In this document: positions 29,873 through 44,597 of the stretch, in pieces | How positions within the stretch are numbered: the stretch's first letter is position 1 | Layout: the number at the start of each line of letters is the position of its first letter | DNA from: the human T2T-CHM13v2.0 reference genome, Homo sapiens | NCBI RefSeq assembly: GCF_009914755.1 | Contig: NC_060942.1 | DNA: 64,000 bases | Reading direction: 5' to 3' (one strand) | Program-made: the position numbers and the translations under genes | The notes under the pieces: model-generated | Databases searched by the model: none | What the model was told of the DNA's origin: nothing | What the model saw: only the letters and a program-made list of their open reading frames with translations

Positions 29873-32529
29873 CCTCCCCATTTATTTAGGGGAGGGACTA
29901 CATTAGAACTGTCCAAGCATTGAAATTAATCTGATCCCAAGTTCACTCAAGTTCACCCAAAAATAGAGTTAAATTTTATATACTATTTCTTCAAAATCTG
30001 CTTCTCAGATGTCTTTCAGCCCCTCACAGATATATTAATTCATTTGATAATTTTAATTTCCAGTTGATTACTTGTGTGCTAAGCAACAACAGCAAAAATC
30101 TGAATGGATTTTAATCCTTCATATAAAAAGTCTTTAGACAAGAAAGCTTTGGCCTAAATAATAAATTTAGAATAGAGGGTAACCTCTAGAGATTCCTAAA
30201 ACTTAGTATCATAAAAAAAAAATGTAGGTAATAAGGTTCCATTTTGTAATTTTGGTTTCTGATTAAAAAAAAAAAGCTTTTTGTTATTATGGACAAGTCC
30301 TATTTAATTCCCTAATATATAAATTGAGTGGTCACTTTACATCAGTACATTTCAAACGTGTTTTAAATGCACTAGAATGTTTTATTCCAAATAGACCATT
30401 AGTAAGTAACAAATATATAGAATGAAGAGTGTAAGGTATTGTATTTTCCATTCATTCCCTTGGAGGAGATTGTCATGTATGCTACCAGAAATGCTGAAAT
30501 TAGTGATTGGTAAGATTCCTTTGGCTTGTAATGTTCTATGATTCCATAAGACTATGGTCTTTTTAGAAAATCATGAGGCTTTTATTGCCAAGAGCTGCTA
30601 TGGAAACCTGGTTATTATTTCTAAATTGTTGAAATGAAAAAGATCTTTGAGGAATCCTGTTGTTCTATGAGAAGCATCTTGCGCTGTTATGTAAGAATAC
30701 AATTGTTGAAAGTGATAAATATTCCCAAATATTCTTTGGAGAAATCTAGAGTTCTAGGAGATCAATCTTCAAACTCTTCATCTTATAAAGCTATTTTTGT
30801 TGTATATGAGGTTAGAAAAGCAACATTTTAGAATGTTGCTATAAACATTACATAAAGATATGACGTATTTTAACATGTTTTTAAAATGGAAGCAGGAGAG
30901 AATCAGCTCTGTGTGGACTCTCGGGTGTGGTCATCACATAGAACTGCTTGTGCTTTCCATTCGTGGTTTCCTTTATTAGGATGATGACAATTCTTTTTAC
31001 CTTTTGAGGTTTGTTGTTTTTGTTGTTGTTTTGTTTTGTTTGTGATTCGATAGATTAGAACATAGATTTCTCATAGATACTGTATATGTTTTGAATAAAT
31101 AATGATAGCCAATACGAAAACGTCACACACAATGCCCATGTAATTGACAGCAAAAACCTAATACCCCTGAGAAAGAGAAACTGGTGAGATCTGAAAGGAA
31201 AATGGATGTGAATGCTGCGTGGATGAACCCACAAACACTTCCAGCGCTCCTACATGGTTGTTTCCAAAGACAAGTGCTAGAAATAGAGCAAGGGAAAGAG
31301 AGAATTTGCAGATTGGACAGAAAAGTTATCATATGAACTCTCACTTCCTAAAAGAAAATTGTTGATAAATTTAGTGATTTATTTTATGCTCCCTCACGTG
31401 AATTTAAGCTATTTGTGATTCTCCCCCATCATCCTGAGTACTGTGTCCTCATATTATAAAACAATATTTATAAAGCAGTATTTATTCAGTAAATCCTTAT
31501 GGAGGAGCTATGTGAATTGATCAGTTAAAGAGGAGTACCATGGAAGATTAATTCAGCAGGGAATAAGCCAGCTAGGACTCATGTTAGAAGTATAGAATGA
31601 ACTTCCAAAATTTATTGAAATAATGATGTGAAATTAAAAGGATATAATCAAATTTTTCTCAAAACACTTCCGGATTACTTTGTAGAGGCAGGATTTTAAA
31701 AATATTTTGAATAACTGAAGGAATATTAAACAACTGTATACAACATGACTCACTTCGGCAGTATAAATTGGGAAAATTTTCTGAAAGTAAAATAAATGAC
31801 TGAGGAGTGATAGCAAATTAGTTAATCATTAAAAGGAAGGTGCTATAATAAACCCAATAAAAATGAAAGAAATGCCAAAAAGGTACGCAAGTAGAAAATT
31901 AAATATAACTAATTAATTAATTCAATTGTAAAAATAGATTAAGTACTGGAGATAATTTTTATTACTGTGAAATTTTTTAGGCAGCAGACTGAGCTCTTCA
32001 GGGAATGGCTGTAGATTTTTGAACTCTGAATCATTTAATGAGTAAATTGAACACTTTACAACACCCTAAAAGGAACATTCCTTTATTAGGAACAGCACTG
32101 AGTAGACAAGCTAATATAACTTCCATTCCTAATGTTTCTTATGTTATCAATTTTTGGCTAGAAAAACTGTGTAGATCTAATAGTCTCCTGATTGCTACAC
32201 GGGTACCTGGAATACATTAACTTGAAAAATTGGTATTGTCAACCAAAATAGATAAAATATTTGTCAAAAAATATAGATAAAATATTACATTAAATATTAC
32301 ATCTCATATTATAGTAAAATATAATCTGTAGGTTGTGGCAGAAATAAATTTATATAAGTGCTAATATAAACTTTTTTGATCAGGTTTTATTTTTCTTGAG
32401 TGACACAAATATTCAATTAAATTTTTGTGACTTAATTTGATTAATAAAAACTAGCAGAATTAAAATCAGAAGAAAAGCTAATTTATGAATTAAAAACAAT
32501 AGAAAAATTTTGTACTTAAAATTGTATTT

Positions 32530-32530
<1 letters not shown>

Positions 32531-32560
<30 letters not shown>
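32531..32560. repeat. Compound (AT)n(AG)n microsatellite
   Basis: Read directly. Confidence 0.9.
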
Positions 32561-32561
<1 letters not shown>

Positions 32562-33152
32562 CTCTATATTTTAACATAAGTTAGTTTGAATCATGCTTAA
32601 AACAGAGATGATATATCATTGCTTTATAATGTCAGAGATTTTCTGTGAGGTAAATGAATATATTTCAGAATTACTAAAATGTGGAATTTTCTAGAAATGT
32701 TTCAAAAGATTGACTTGAAAATTTTTGGTTCAAATTATAGCTCACATAATTTTTAATTGCATAATGTAAGGCAAATCATTACCTCTTTCAGCTTGGGTTT
32801 CCTATTTGGCGGGAAAATGAATAATGTTTTCCTGTATGATATGACAATTAAAGCCAAGGGAAATACGTTAAAAATAATAAACAGTTAACAAACACAAGGA
32901 ATACCTTAAAGAAAAATAATGCTGTGTTATTGATGAAATAACACTAAATTCTAGTTTGTGGTCTGATATATTCATATGCAGCAAGTGATTATCAACCATT
33001 AGCACATGATAATACATAAAGTCTTATTATCAAGAATTCCTTTATATTTCATAAACAAAGTCTCAAAATAGTACACTAAAAAGCCACAGGGTGTCTAGGA
33101 AAGACAAATTTTAATTGTCTCTATGAAAGAGAGACAAATTTTGTTCGCTCTG

Positions 33153-33519
33153 TATATTAGTCCATTCTCACACCATCATAAAGAAATACCTGAGACTGTG
33201 TAATTTATAAAGGAAAGAGGTTTAATTGCCTCACAGTTCCACATGGCAGGGGAGGCCTCAGGAAACTTACAATCATGGCAGAAGGGGAAGCAGGCATGTC
33301 TTACATGGCAGCAGACAAGAGAGAGTGTGTGTGAGCACAGAAAAAAACTACCATTTATAAAACCATCATATCTTGTGAAAATTTACTTACTATGATGAGA
33401 ACACCATGGAGTACATGGCCCCCATAATCCAGTCACTTTTCTACAGGTCTCTCACTCAACCCCTGTGGATTACAATTCAAGATGAGATTTGAGTGGGGAC
33501 ACAAAGCCTAACCATATCA
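33153..33519 (-). mobile_element. THE1D/MSTA-like solo LTR
   Basis: TATATTAGTCCATTCTCAC...GGAGGCCTCAGGAAACTTACAATCATGG...ACCATATCA; TSD CTCTG at 33148-33152 and 33520-33524. Confidence 0.92.
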
Positions 33520-34004
33520 CTCTGTAAGGAATAAAACTGAGGAAAATTAAAGATCATATTTATAATAATTTTACTTTCAAAATATTTTGGTTTTTTTTTT
33601 TTGTTTACACTTTCTGGAATTTAGAGCTGAGAAATAATGGAATGTTATATATTTTTATTTTTTTAAAAAATCAGCTAGTTTGTATAGTCTAAAAATGTAT
33701 AAAATGTTTTCTCACTAAGGATAAATATCTATACTTAAATTTATATATGTAAATAAATATATAGATACATATACAGGTAGAGTTGCATTAAAGCACAATT
33801 TTGATGGATGTGCTAATTATTTTTATTTAGCTCAAAGTAATTCAATTTGCTAATTGGCATTAGCTTTATTTCTTAAATTTAATAAAATATTAATGCATTA
33901 TATAATTAATTTTCATATATATATCATCTTCCATAAAATGCAAGCAAATCAAATTCAGCAAGGTATAAAACATTAATATACAATAATCAAATAGGGTTTA
34001 TTCC

Positions 34005-37000
34005 TATTTGAAAATACACAGTCAGAGGAGACAAAAGAAAAGGAATTTTTAAAATGAAGCACACCTGCAGGATCTAGAAAATAGCCTCAAAAGGGCAAAT
34101 CTAAGAGTTATTGGCCATAAAGAGGAGACAGAGAAAGAGATAGGGATAGAAAGTTTATTCAAGGGGACAACAGAACTTCCCAAACCTAGAGAAAGATATC
34201 AACATCAAAGTACAAGAAGGTTATACAATACCAAGCAGATTTAACCCGAAGAAGATTACCAGAAAGCATTTAAAAATCAAACTCTCAAAGATCAAAGATA
34301 AAGAACGGATCCTAAAGGCAACAAGAAAAAAGAAACAACATACAATTGTGCTCCAATATGTCTGGCAGCAGACTTGTTAGTGGAAATCTTACAGGCCAGG
34401 AGAGAGTGGCACAACATAATAAAAGTGCTGAAGGAAAAAAAAATACCTTAGAATAGTATATCCAGCAAAAATATCCCTTAAACAAGTTTGTTTTGTTTTC
34501 CAAGACAAAAGCTGAGAGATTTCATTAACACCAGACTTGGAGAAATGTTAAAGAAAATAATTCAATCAGAGAAAAAGGATGTTAATGAGCAATACCTAAT
34601 CACTTAAAAGTACAAAGTTCACTGGTAATAAACACACAGAAAATCACATAATATTATAACTCTGTAATTGTGGTGTATAAACTACTTGTATGCTAAGTAG
34701 AAATACTAAACCATTAAACAAAAATAGTAGCTACAACAAGTTTGCAAGGCATATATAGTATGATCAGATATAAATAGAAACAAAAAAATGTTAAAAATCA
34801 GGGGACATAGTTAAGATATAGATATTTTTATTAGTTTTATTTCTGCTTATTTGTTGGTTTATGCAGTGTTCAGTTGTTATCAGCTTGAACAATTTGTTAT
34901 AAGAGAGTATTTCCAAATCTCGTGTTCACCTCAAACCAAAAATGGTTTGAGTGAATGAATACACAAAAAGCAAAAAGAAACTAAACAATATCACCAGAGA
35001 AAACCACCTCCAGTAAAAGAGAGAAGAAAAGACCATGAAACAACCAGAAAATAAATAACAAAATGACAGAAGTAAATCATTACTTAGCAACAGTAACATT
35101 GTATGTAAATGGACTAAACTCTCCAATCAAAAGGCATAGAGTGGCTGAATGGATAAAGAAAAAACAGCCCATTGATCTGTTGCCTACATGAAACACACCT
35201 CAGCTATAAAGACACAAAAATAGTGAAAATAAAGGGAGATATTCCATGCCAATGGAAACCAAAAAAAGAGCAGGAGTCACTCTACTTGTATTAGAAAAAA
35301 TAGATTTCAATGCAAAAATTCTGAGAAGTGACAAAGAAGGTGACTAACAATAAAGGGGTCAATACAATAAAAGAATATAACAATTTGAAATATATATGCA
35401 CCCAACACTGGAGCACCCAGATATATAAAGGAAACATTATTAGAGCTAAAGAGAGAGGTAGACTCCAGTATAATAATAATTGGAGACATAAACACTCACT
35501 TTTAGCATTGGCCAGATCTTACTCACAGAATATCAACAAAGAAACATTGGACTTTATCTTTGCTATAGACAAATAGATCTAATATAAATATACAGATTTC
35601 ATCCAGTGGCTACAGAACACACATTCTTGTTTTCAGCACATAAATAATTCCCAAGGATATATCATTTGTTAGGTCACTGTATTAGTCTGTTTTCACATGG
35701 CTAATAAAGACATACCTTAGACTGGGTAATTTATAAAGGAAAGTAGTTTAATTAGCTCACAGTTCCACATGGCTGGGGAAGCCTCACAATCATGGCTAAA
35801 GGTAAATGAGGAGTAAAGTCATGTCTAACATGATGGTGACAGGCAAGAGAGTTTGTATAAGGGAACTCCCACTTATAAAACCATCAGATCTCATGAAACT
35901 TATTCACTACCATGAGAACAGTAGGGGGGAACCACCCCCATGATTCAATTATCTCCATCTGGCCCTGCCCTTGACACTTCAGGATTATTACAATTGAAGG
36001 TGAGATATGGGTGGGGACACAGCCAAACTATACCATTCCCATCCTGGCCCCTCACAAATCTAATGTCCTCACATTTTAAAACCAATCATGCCTTCCAAAC
36101 AGTCTCCTAAAGTCTTATTTCAGCATTAACTTAGAAGTCCACAGTCCAATGTCTCTTTTGAGACAAGGCAAGTCCCTTCCACCTATGAGCCTGTGAAATT
36201 AAAAGCCAGTTAGTTACTTTCTAGATATATTGGGGGCTATAGGCATTGGGTAAATATACCCATTCCAAATGGGAGAAATTGGCAAAAATGAAGGAGCTAC
36301 AGGCCCCATGCAAGTCCAAAATCCAGTAGGACAGTCATTAAGCCATAAAGTGATAAAATGATTGTCTTTGACTCCATGTCTTATATCCAGGTCACAGGGA
36401 CGCAGAAGGTGGGCTCCCATGGCCTTGGGCAGCTCCACCTCTGTGGCTTTGCAGTGTATACCCCAACTCCTGGCTGCTTTCACAGGCTGGCTTTGAGTGT
36501 CTGTGGCATTTCCAGATGCACAGTGCAAGCTGTCAGTGGATCTACCATTCTGGAATCTGGAGGATGATGGCCCTCTTCTCACAGCTTCATTAGGCAGTGC
36601 CCTGGTGGGGACACTTTGTGGGGGTTCACACCCTACATTTTCCTTCCACATCATCCTAGCACAGGTTCTCTAAGAGTGCTCTGCCACTGCAGCCAACTTT
36701 TGCTTGAACATCCAGGTGTTTTGATACATTCTCTGAAATTTAGGTAGAGGTTCCAAACCCTGAATTTTTGGCTTCTCTGCACTGACAGGCCCAAAACCAC
36801 ATGTAAGCCACCAGGCTTGGGGCTGGCACCCTCCAAAGCCATGACTCAAGCTGTACCCTGGAAACTTTTAGACATGGCTGGAGTAACTGGAACAAAGGGC
36901 ACCAAGTCCCTAGGCTGCACACAGAAAGGGGACCCTGGGCCTGGCACACAAAACCATTTTTTCCTCCCTGGCCTCTGGGCCTGTGATGGGAGGGGCTGAC

Positions 37001-38100
37001 AGGAAGTTCTCTGACATGGCCTGGAGACATTTTCCCCATTGTCTTGTTGATTAATATTCAGCTCCTTGTTACTTATGCAAATTTTTGAGCCATGCTTGAA
37101 TTTCTACTTAGAAAATGGGTTTTTCTTTTCTTTCACATCATCAGGCTGCCAATTTTCCAAAATTTTATGCTCTTCTTCCTCTTGAACCCTTTCCCACTTA
37201 GAAATTTCTTCTGCCAGATACCCTAAATCATCTTTCTCAAGTTCAAAATTCCATAGATCTCTAGGTCAGGGACAAAATGCTGCCAGTCTCTTTGCTAAAG
37301 CATAACAAGAGTCACCTTTGCTCCTGTTCCCCACAAGTTCCTCATCTCCATCTGAAACTACCTCAGCCTGGATTTTATTGTCTATAATACCATAGCATTT
37401 TGGTCAAAGCCATTCAACAAGTCTCTGGGAAGTTCCAAACTTTCCCACATCTTTGTGTCTTCTGAGCCCTCCAAGTCTCTAGGAAGTTTTAAACTTTACC
37501 ACATTTTCCTATCTTATTCAGAGTCCTCCAAACTGTTCCAACTTCTGCCTGTTATTCAGTTCCAAAGTCGCTTCCACTTTCTCAGCACCCTTCTTAGCAG
37601 CAGCACCCAATGCCTGGTACCTATTTACTGTATAGTCAGTTCTCATGCTGCTAATAAAAATGTATCAAAGACTGGGTAATTTGAAAAGAAAAAAAGGTTT
37701 AATTCACTCACGTTTTCACATGGCTGAGAAGACCTCACAATAGTGGCTAAAGGTGAATGAGGAGCAAAGTCTTGTCTTATATGGTAGAAGGCAAGAGAAC
37801 TTGTGCAGGGAAACTTTCGTTTATAAAACCATTAGATCTTCTGAGACTTATTCACTACCAGGAGAACAGTATGGAGGCAACTGTACCCATGGTTCAATTA
37901 TTTCCACCTGGCTCCACCCTTAACATGTGGGAATCATTGCAACTCAAGGTGAAATTTAAGTGGGGACACAGAGCCAAATTATATCAGTCACAAAACAAGT
38001 CTGAAAATGTTAAAAGAAAAAAAAAACTGATATAACATCAAGCATCTTCTCTAACCACAATGTAATAAAACTAGAAATCAATAAGAAGAATAATTTTAGA
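34005..38100 (+). mobile_element. L1 (L1M/L1PB-age) ORF1 3' half, spacer and ORF2 endonuclease start, interrupted by THE1
   Basis: ORF2 endonuclease motifs NGLNSPIK (about 35108) and IYAPNTGAPRYIK (about 35392); L1 text resumes after 37991. Many stops and frameshifts. Confidence 0.88.
35678..37986 (-). mobile_element. Full-length THE1 (C-like) provirus: 3' LTR 35678-36035, internal, 5' LTR 37629-37986
   Basis: Two LTRs plus about 1.6 kb internal sequence; TSD GTCAC at 35673-35677 and 37987-37991. Confidence 0.95.
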
Positions 38101-38129
38101 AGCTGAAACAAGAAAAAAGTAATTGAAAA

Positions 38130-38800
38130 ATCTTCTTTTCAAGAGTGAAAGCAATCAATAGTACCAGACTGAAACATGACTAAGCCATTGGGATTACTGA
38201 AGACATAATGTAAAATAACTATGAATAATATATTGAAGGCTGTAGTCGAAAAAGTGGGCATAGTGAATAACCAGACAGCTAACTTTATCAGAAATGTGGA
38301 AATCATCAGAAATAATCAAATAAGAATGCTAGAAATGAAAACCATAGTAAAGGATATGGAAAACATTGACAACATGTTAATCAACATATTTTTAATAGTT
38401 TAGAAAATAATCATTTAACTTGAAAAGAGGCCAATTCAAAGTGTTTTATTTGCACACACATAAAAGTTAAAGAGAAAAATGAATCACATGCACACAGAAA
38501 ACAGAGCACACAAGATCAAAGGTTACAATTTACACGTAATTGAAAGTCTAGAAGTTGAAGAACTAAAATTTGGCAGAAATATATGTGAAGAAGTAATGGC
38601 CAAGATGTATGTTAATAAATGTGAAGAAATAATGGTCATCTGAAAAACAGATACCAAGTCACACATTTCCAAAGTTCAGAAAACAACAAATTTTATAATT
38701 AAAAACAGTCTTGAAAGCAATCAGAGAAATGAAAAGCTTATAGAAAAATAAATATATGAATTAGAGCAGATATCTCATCTAAAACTAAGTATTAAAAACC
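38130..38800 (+). mobile_element. Old L1M ORF1 fragment
   Basis: A-rich text; ORF 38221-38403 (…IIRNNQIRMLEMKTIV…) resembles the L1 ORF1 coiled coil. Confidence 0.65.
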
Positions 38801-39030
38801 TTACATACCATTAAGAGTTAAAGATAAATTAATATCATAAATAATAAATTAATAATATTAGCCAACCAGGAAACAAATTTAGGACATCTGTAATGATTTC
38901 AGAAATTACCTAATCAATTATTTTAAAATGGCCATAAATTCTTGTTTTCCAGAAATAAATATTTTTAATATAATGCAGAGAACATAAAATGGCCTTATAA
39001 ACCAGAATTTGATCTACCATATTGTAGGAG

Positions 39031-39397
39031 TGTATTAATCTGTTTTCATGCTGCTGATAAAGACATACCTGGGACTGGGTAATTTACAAAAGACAGAGAT
39101 TTAAATGCATTCACAGTCCCACATAGCTGGGGAAGCCTCATGATCATGGCAGAAGGCAAGTAGGAGCAAGTCACATCTTACGTGGATGGCAGCAGGCAAA
39201 AAGAGAGCTTGTGCAGAGAAACTCCCAATTTTAACACCATCAGATCTCATGAGACCCATTCACTATCATGAGAACAGCATGGGAAAGACTCGCCCCCATG
39301 AGTCAATCATCTCCCACTGAGTCCCTTCCATAACACCTGGGAAATATGGGAGCTACAAGATGAGATTTGGGTGGGGACACAGAGCCAAACCATATCA
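39031..39397 (-). mobile_element. THE1A/B solo LTR
   Basis: TGTATTAATCTGTTTTCATGCTGCTGATAAAGACATACC...AGCCAAACCATATCA; TSD AGGAG at 39026-39030 and 39398-39402. Confidence 0.93.
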
Positions 39398-39574
39398 AGG
39401 AGCTTTCACAAACTTCACATTATAAATTACCATAAACCATTTATATGGATATTATGCTTCTGAAAGCATGTTTATCTAGTCTTTTTTTGAGTCAATACTT
39501 TGCATTCCACTTTTGTATGTATATGTTCTCAAAGAAACCTATTAGATACCTTTCCTGTCTATATTTACATTCTT

Positions 39575-40900
39575 TTCAAATTAAAAAAATTGTTGAGTTA
39601 CAATTTATATACAGAATTACACACATATAAAATATAGCATTTGATGAGTTTTGATAAAAATATATACTCAGATGCATATTCATTAATATAGAGAACTTTT
39701 ACACTGCTCAGGAAATCCCTTTGAATCCTCTCTATTCAGTTCTTGAAATTCCTTGCCCCAGGGAACCACTGATCTGATTTTGTTCACTGTAGATTTGTAC
39801 TGGTTGTTCTAGAATGTCATATAAATGCAATCATACACTATATTGTTGGTTTTTATGGGTTCTGTCACGCAGCATATGTTTTCGTAATTAATACATATTG
39901 CTGTGCTTGTTCCTTTGTATTGCTGTGTACTTTTACTCAGTGTATTTACTCAGGCTATTCTCTAAATATACAACTCTTTATAAGTATAGTGTTTCTGTGG
40001 AGTGTAAGACAGTAGTACAAGTTTATTTTGCTCTATATGGCCATCCAGTTGTTCTAATATCATTTGCCAAAAAATGACTATATTTTCTTCTATTGAATTA
40101 CTTTAGTACCATTGTCAAGAATCTACTGACTACATCTGTGTTTCTCTTTGTCTGCTTACTCCAATACCATATTGTGGTAATCAGTGAAGCTGTATGTAAA
40201 GACTTAAAAGCAGGTAGTATATGTTCTTCAAATTTTATCATCCTTTTCAAAATTATTTTGGCTAATCTAGGATCTTTGCAATTCCATACATATTTTAGAA
40301 TTAGCTTATCATTTTCTACAAAAATGATAAGCATTTTTTGCATTTTGATTGATTGGGACTAATTTTAAAAAAATTGGGGAACAATAGGCACCCAAAAATA
40401 TTTAGTCTTCAAATCTAACAAAATATGTCCTGTGATTCTTTAAGGTTTTACATTTACAAATTTATGTTGTGTGCTTTTCAGTGTATTTTACAAATCTGTA
40501 TTTAATTTACATGAAATATTATATGGTTTAATGTTATTGTACTTTTATTTGAATTTTCTATGTTTGCAGCTAGTATATAATAAATGTGTGTCTTTAAATT
40601 ATGTTAAATTTAGTTAAAAATTCTATGCATTAGTTGGTGATCATTTGGGATTTTCTACATACATGTTGTGTGCACATAGAGACAGTTTTCCCTTCCATTT
40701 AAGTTTTTATGCCAATTATTTCATTTTTCTGCTGTACAGCACTGGCTAGGGTTTTTAATACAATATTGAAGAAAAACGTGAGTGCAGGAAACCTTTTCTG
40801 TCGTCAGTCCAATTGGAGAGAACAGGAAAGCATTCAGTCTTTAACAATTAATGATGTTAACTATAGTTGCTGATAGTCAACAATCATTTATAGCTGTCAA
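39575..40900 (-). mobile_element. Old L1M (L1ME-like) fragments
   Basis: Antisense L1 3' UTR and ORF2 text; ORF 40098-40343 (…DKLILKYVWNCKDPRLAKIILK…ITTIWYW) is an L1 ORF2 remnant. Confidence 0.78.
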
Positions 40901-40959
40901 AATTTGCTAAATACTTTCTGTGCATTTATTGTAAAATTACTTAATATTCTCAGTTATTC

Positions 40960-43900
40960 TGGCAATTTTTTACGGCTACATTGTATTCCATGGGGTATAT
41001 GTACCATATTTTCTTTATCTAATCCACCATTGATAGCCACATCAGTTGATTCTGTGTCTTTGCTATCATGAACAGTGTTGTGATGAACAAATGAGTGCAC
41101 GTGTTTTTTTGGTTGAATAATTTATCTTCCTTTGGATATATATACAGTAATGGGATTGCTGGGTCAAATGATAGTTCTTAGAGAAATCTCCAAATTGCTT
41201 TCTACAGAGGCTGAACTAATTTATATTCCCACTAACAGTGTATAAGGGTTTCCTTTTCTTCACAGCCTCACCAGCATTTTTTTTTTTTTTTGACTTTTTA
41301 ATAATAGTTATTCTGACTGGCATGCATGATATCTCTTTGTGGTCTTGATTTGCATTTTTCTGATTATTAGTGATGTTGGCCACTTTCTCTTATGTTTCTT
41401 GGCCACTTGTGTGCCTTCATTTGTGAGGTGTTTATTGATGTCTTTTGCAGACCTTTTAATGGGGTTGTTTTTTGCTTATTGAATTAAGTTCTTTGCAAAT
41501 TCTGGATATGAGACACTTGTCAGATGCATAGCTTGTGAATATATTCTCCCATTTTACATTGCCTGTTTACTCTGTTGACAGTTTCTTCTCCTGTGCGGAA
41601 GTTTAATTAGGTCCCACTTGCAAACTTCTATTTTTGTTGCAATTGATTTTGAGGACTTAGTCATAAACTATTTTCCAAAGCCAATGTCCAGAAGAGTGTA
41701 TCTTATGTTTTCTTTTAGGATTCTGTTTGATGTTTTGAGTTTAAACCTTTAATCCACCTTGTGTTAATTTTTATATATGGTGAAAAGTAGGTACTGAGTT
41801 TTATTATTCTGCGTATGGCTAGCCAGCTATCCCAGCATCATTTATTCAACAGGGAATAATTTCTCCATTGCTTTTTTTTTGTTGACTGTCAAAGACCAGA
41901 TGGGTGTAGGTATGTGGCTTTATTTCTGAATTCTCTATTCTGTTCCATTGTTCTATGTATTTGTTCTTGTAACAGTACCATACTCTTTTGGTTACTGTAG
42001 CCATATAGTAGAAGGTGGGTAATGTGATGCCTCCAGCTTTGTGGTTTTTGCTTAGGATTGCTTTGGCTATTTGGGCTCATTTTTGGCTCTATATGAATTT
42101 TAGAATAGCGTTTTTTCTATTCTAAAATGTGAAAAATGATATTGATAGTTTGAATAGCATTGAATTTGTAGATTCAATGGCAGTATGGCCATTTTAACAA
42201 TATTATTTCTTCCAATAAATAAGCATGGAATATGTTTCTATTTGTTTGTGTCACTTATAATTTCTTTCATCAGTGTTTTGTAGTTCTTCTTGTGAAGATG
42301 TTTTACTGCTTGGTTAGCTATGTACCTAGGTAATTTATTTTATTTTAATTTTGTCACTATTGTAAATGAGATTCTATTCTTGATTTGGTTCTCAGCATGA
42401 AGATTACTGGTGTACAGAAATGCTACTGATTTTTGTACTTTGATATTGTTTCTTGAAACTTAACTAGCGTCGTTTATTGGTTCCAGGAGCCTTCTGGCAG
42501 AGTCCTTAGGGTTTTTTACGTATAGAAGCATATCATATGTTAAGAGAAATAATTTGACATCTTCTTTCCCTATTCAGATGACTTTTGTTTCTTTCTCTTT
42601 CCAGATTGCTCTAAGACCTCCAGTATTATGTTGAAACAGAGTGGTGACAGTAGGCATCCTTGTCTTTTTCCAGTTGTCAATGGTAATGCTTCCAGCTTTT
42701 GCACACACAGTTTGCTGTTGGTTGTGTATTTGCCATAGGTGGCTTTCATTATTTTGGAGTATGTTCCATTGATGCCCAGTTTCTTGAGGGTTTTCTTCAT
42801 GAAGGAATGCTGGATTTTATTGAAGACTTTTCCTGTGTCTATTGAGATGATGATTTAATATTTGTTTTTAAGTCTGTTTATGTGGTAAGTGGCATTTATT
42901 AACTTTTGTACGTTGAACCAACCCTGCATCGCAGAAATAAAGCCAACTTAATTGTGGTGAATTAACTTTTTGACTTGCTGCTGGATTCAGTTTGCTAGTA
43001 CTTTGTTGAGAATTTTTCATCTATGTTCATTAGGAATATTGGCCTTTAGTTTTCTTTTCATTGTGTCTTGGCCACATTTTGGTATTAGGGTGATGCTGGC
43101 TTTACAGAATTAGTTAAGGAGGAGACCCTCTTGCTGTTTTTTGAAATAGTTTCAATAGAATTGGTACCAGCTCTTCTTTGCCCATTTGGTAGAATTTGAC
43201 TGTAAAACCATCTGGTACAGTGCTTTATATGGTTGGTAGGTTTTTTTTTTTTTTAACTGATTCCATTTTAGAACTTGATATTGATCTGTTCAGGGTTTTA
43301 ATTTTTTCCTGATTCAATCTCGGGAGACTGTATTTCCAGGAATCTATCCACATTTTCTTAATTTTTAATTTATGTGCATAGTGGTATTCGTAATAGTCTT
43401 TGAGGATATTTTGTATTTCTGCGTTATCAGTTACAATTTCACCTTTGTCATTTCCGAATGTCCGTATTTTGATCCTCTCTCTTGTTTTCTTTGATAATCT
43501 AGCTCAGAGGTCCCCAACCAGGTAAGAATCAGGCTGCACAGCTGGGGGTGAGTGTGGGGGCAAGTGAGCATCAACCACCTGAGCTCTTCCTCCTGTCAGA
43601 TCAGCAGCAGCATTAGATTCTCATAGGATCGCGAACCCTACTGTGAACTGCGCAACTGAGGGATCTAGGTTGCGCAATCCTTATGAGAATCTAACTAATG
43701 CCTGATGATCTGATGTGGAACAGTTTCATCCCAAACCCTACCAACTTTCTCTCCAATCCTTGGAAAAATTTTCTTTCACAAAACCGATTCTTTGTGCCAA
43801 AAAGGTAGGGGACCACTGATCTAGCTAGCACTCTATCAATCTGCTTGTTTATCCTTTCAATTAACAAACTTGTGGTTTCATTGTTTCTTTGTATGGATTT

Positions 43901-44475
43901 TTGGGTCATGATTTTATTGAGTACAGCTCTGATTTTAGTTGTTTCTGTTCTGTTAACTTTAGGGTTAGTTTGTTCCTGTTTCTCTAGTTCAACCAGGTGT
44001 GATGTTAGATTGTTAGTTTGAGATCTTTCTGTTTTAAGGTGTTTAGCACAATAAGCTTTCCTATTAACACTGATTTTGCTACATCTCAGATATTTTGGTA
44101 TGTTGTGTCTCTGTATTCATTCATTTCAAGGAATGTTTTGATTTCTACCTTAATTTCTTTGCTTCGTTTGCAAAGTCATTCATGAGAAAGTTGTTTAATT
44201 TTCATGTAATCATGTGGTTCTCAGAGATATTTTTAATATTGAATTCTATTTTTATTCCACTGTGGTCTGAGTCTATGAGTGGAATGATTTTGATTTTTTA
44301 AAAATTTATCAAGACTTGCTTTATGGCTGAGCTTGTGGTCTATCTTAGGGTATGTTCTGTGTCCAGATGGGAAGAATGTATATTCTGTGGTTGCTGGGTG
44401 GAGTATTCCGCATATATCTATTAGTTCCACCTGGTCAAGTGTTGAATTTAAGTCCTGAATTTCTTTTTTATTTTT
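40960..44475 (-). mobile_element. L1PB-like ORF2 (endonuclease to C-terminus), interrupted by MER1B
   Basis: RT remnant [12 protein letters not shown]…[21 protein letters not shown] (42570-42800) and endonuclease remnant IQDLNSTLDQ…YTFF…KIDH (44233-44517). Confidence 0.9.
43505..43818 (+). mobile_element. MER1B (hAT-Charlie)
   Basis: Termini CAGAGGTCCCCAACC ... GGTAGGGGACCACTG; 8-bp TSD ATCTAGCT at 43497-43504 and 43819-43826. Confidence 0.92.
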
Positions 44476-44479
44476 ATGT

Positions 44480-44565
44480 AGTCTCTGTTTTTGAAAGACA
44501 TTTGTATCTATGTTCAAGAGGCCTATTGTCTGTCATTTCTTAGTGGCTTTTGTCATTTCTTAGTG

Positions 44566-44597
<32 letters not shown>

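Noticed and set aside
42570-42800. Reverse-transcriptase-like ORF
   Set aside because: It is a decayed L1 ORF2 fragment, not an intact or domesticated RT.
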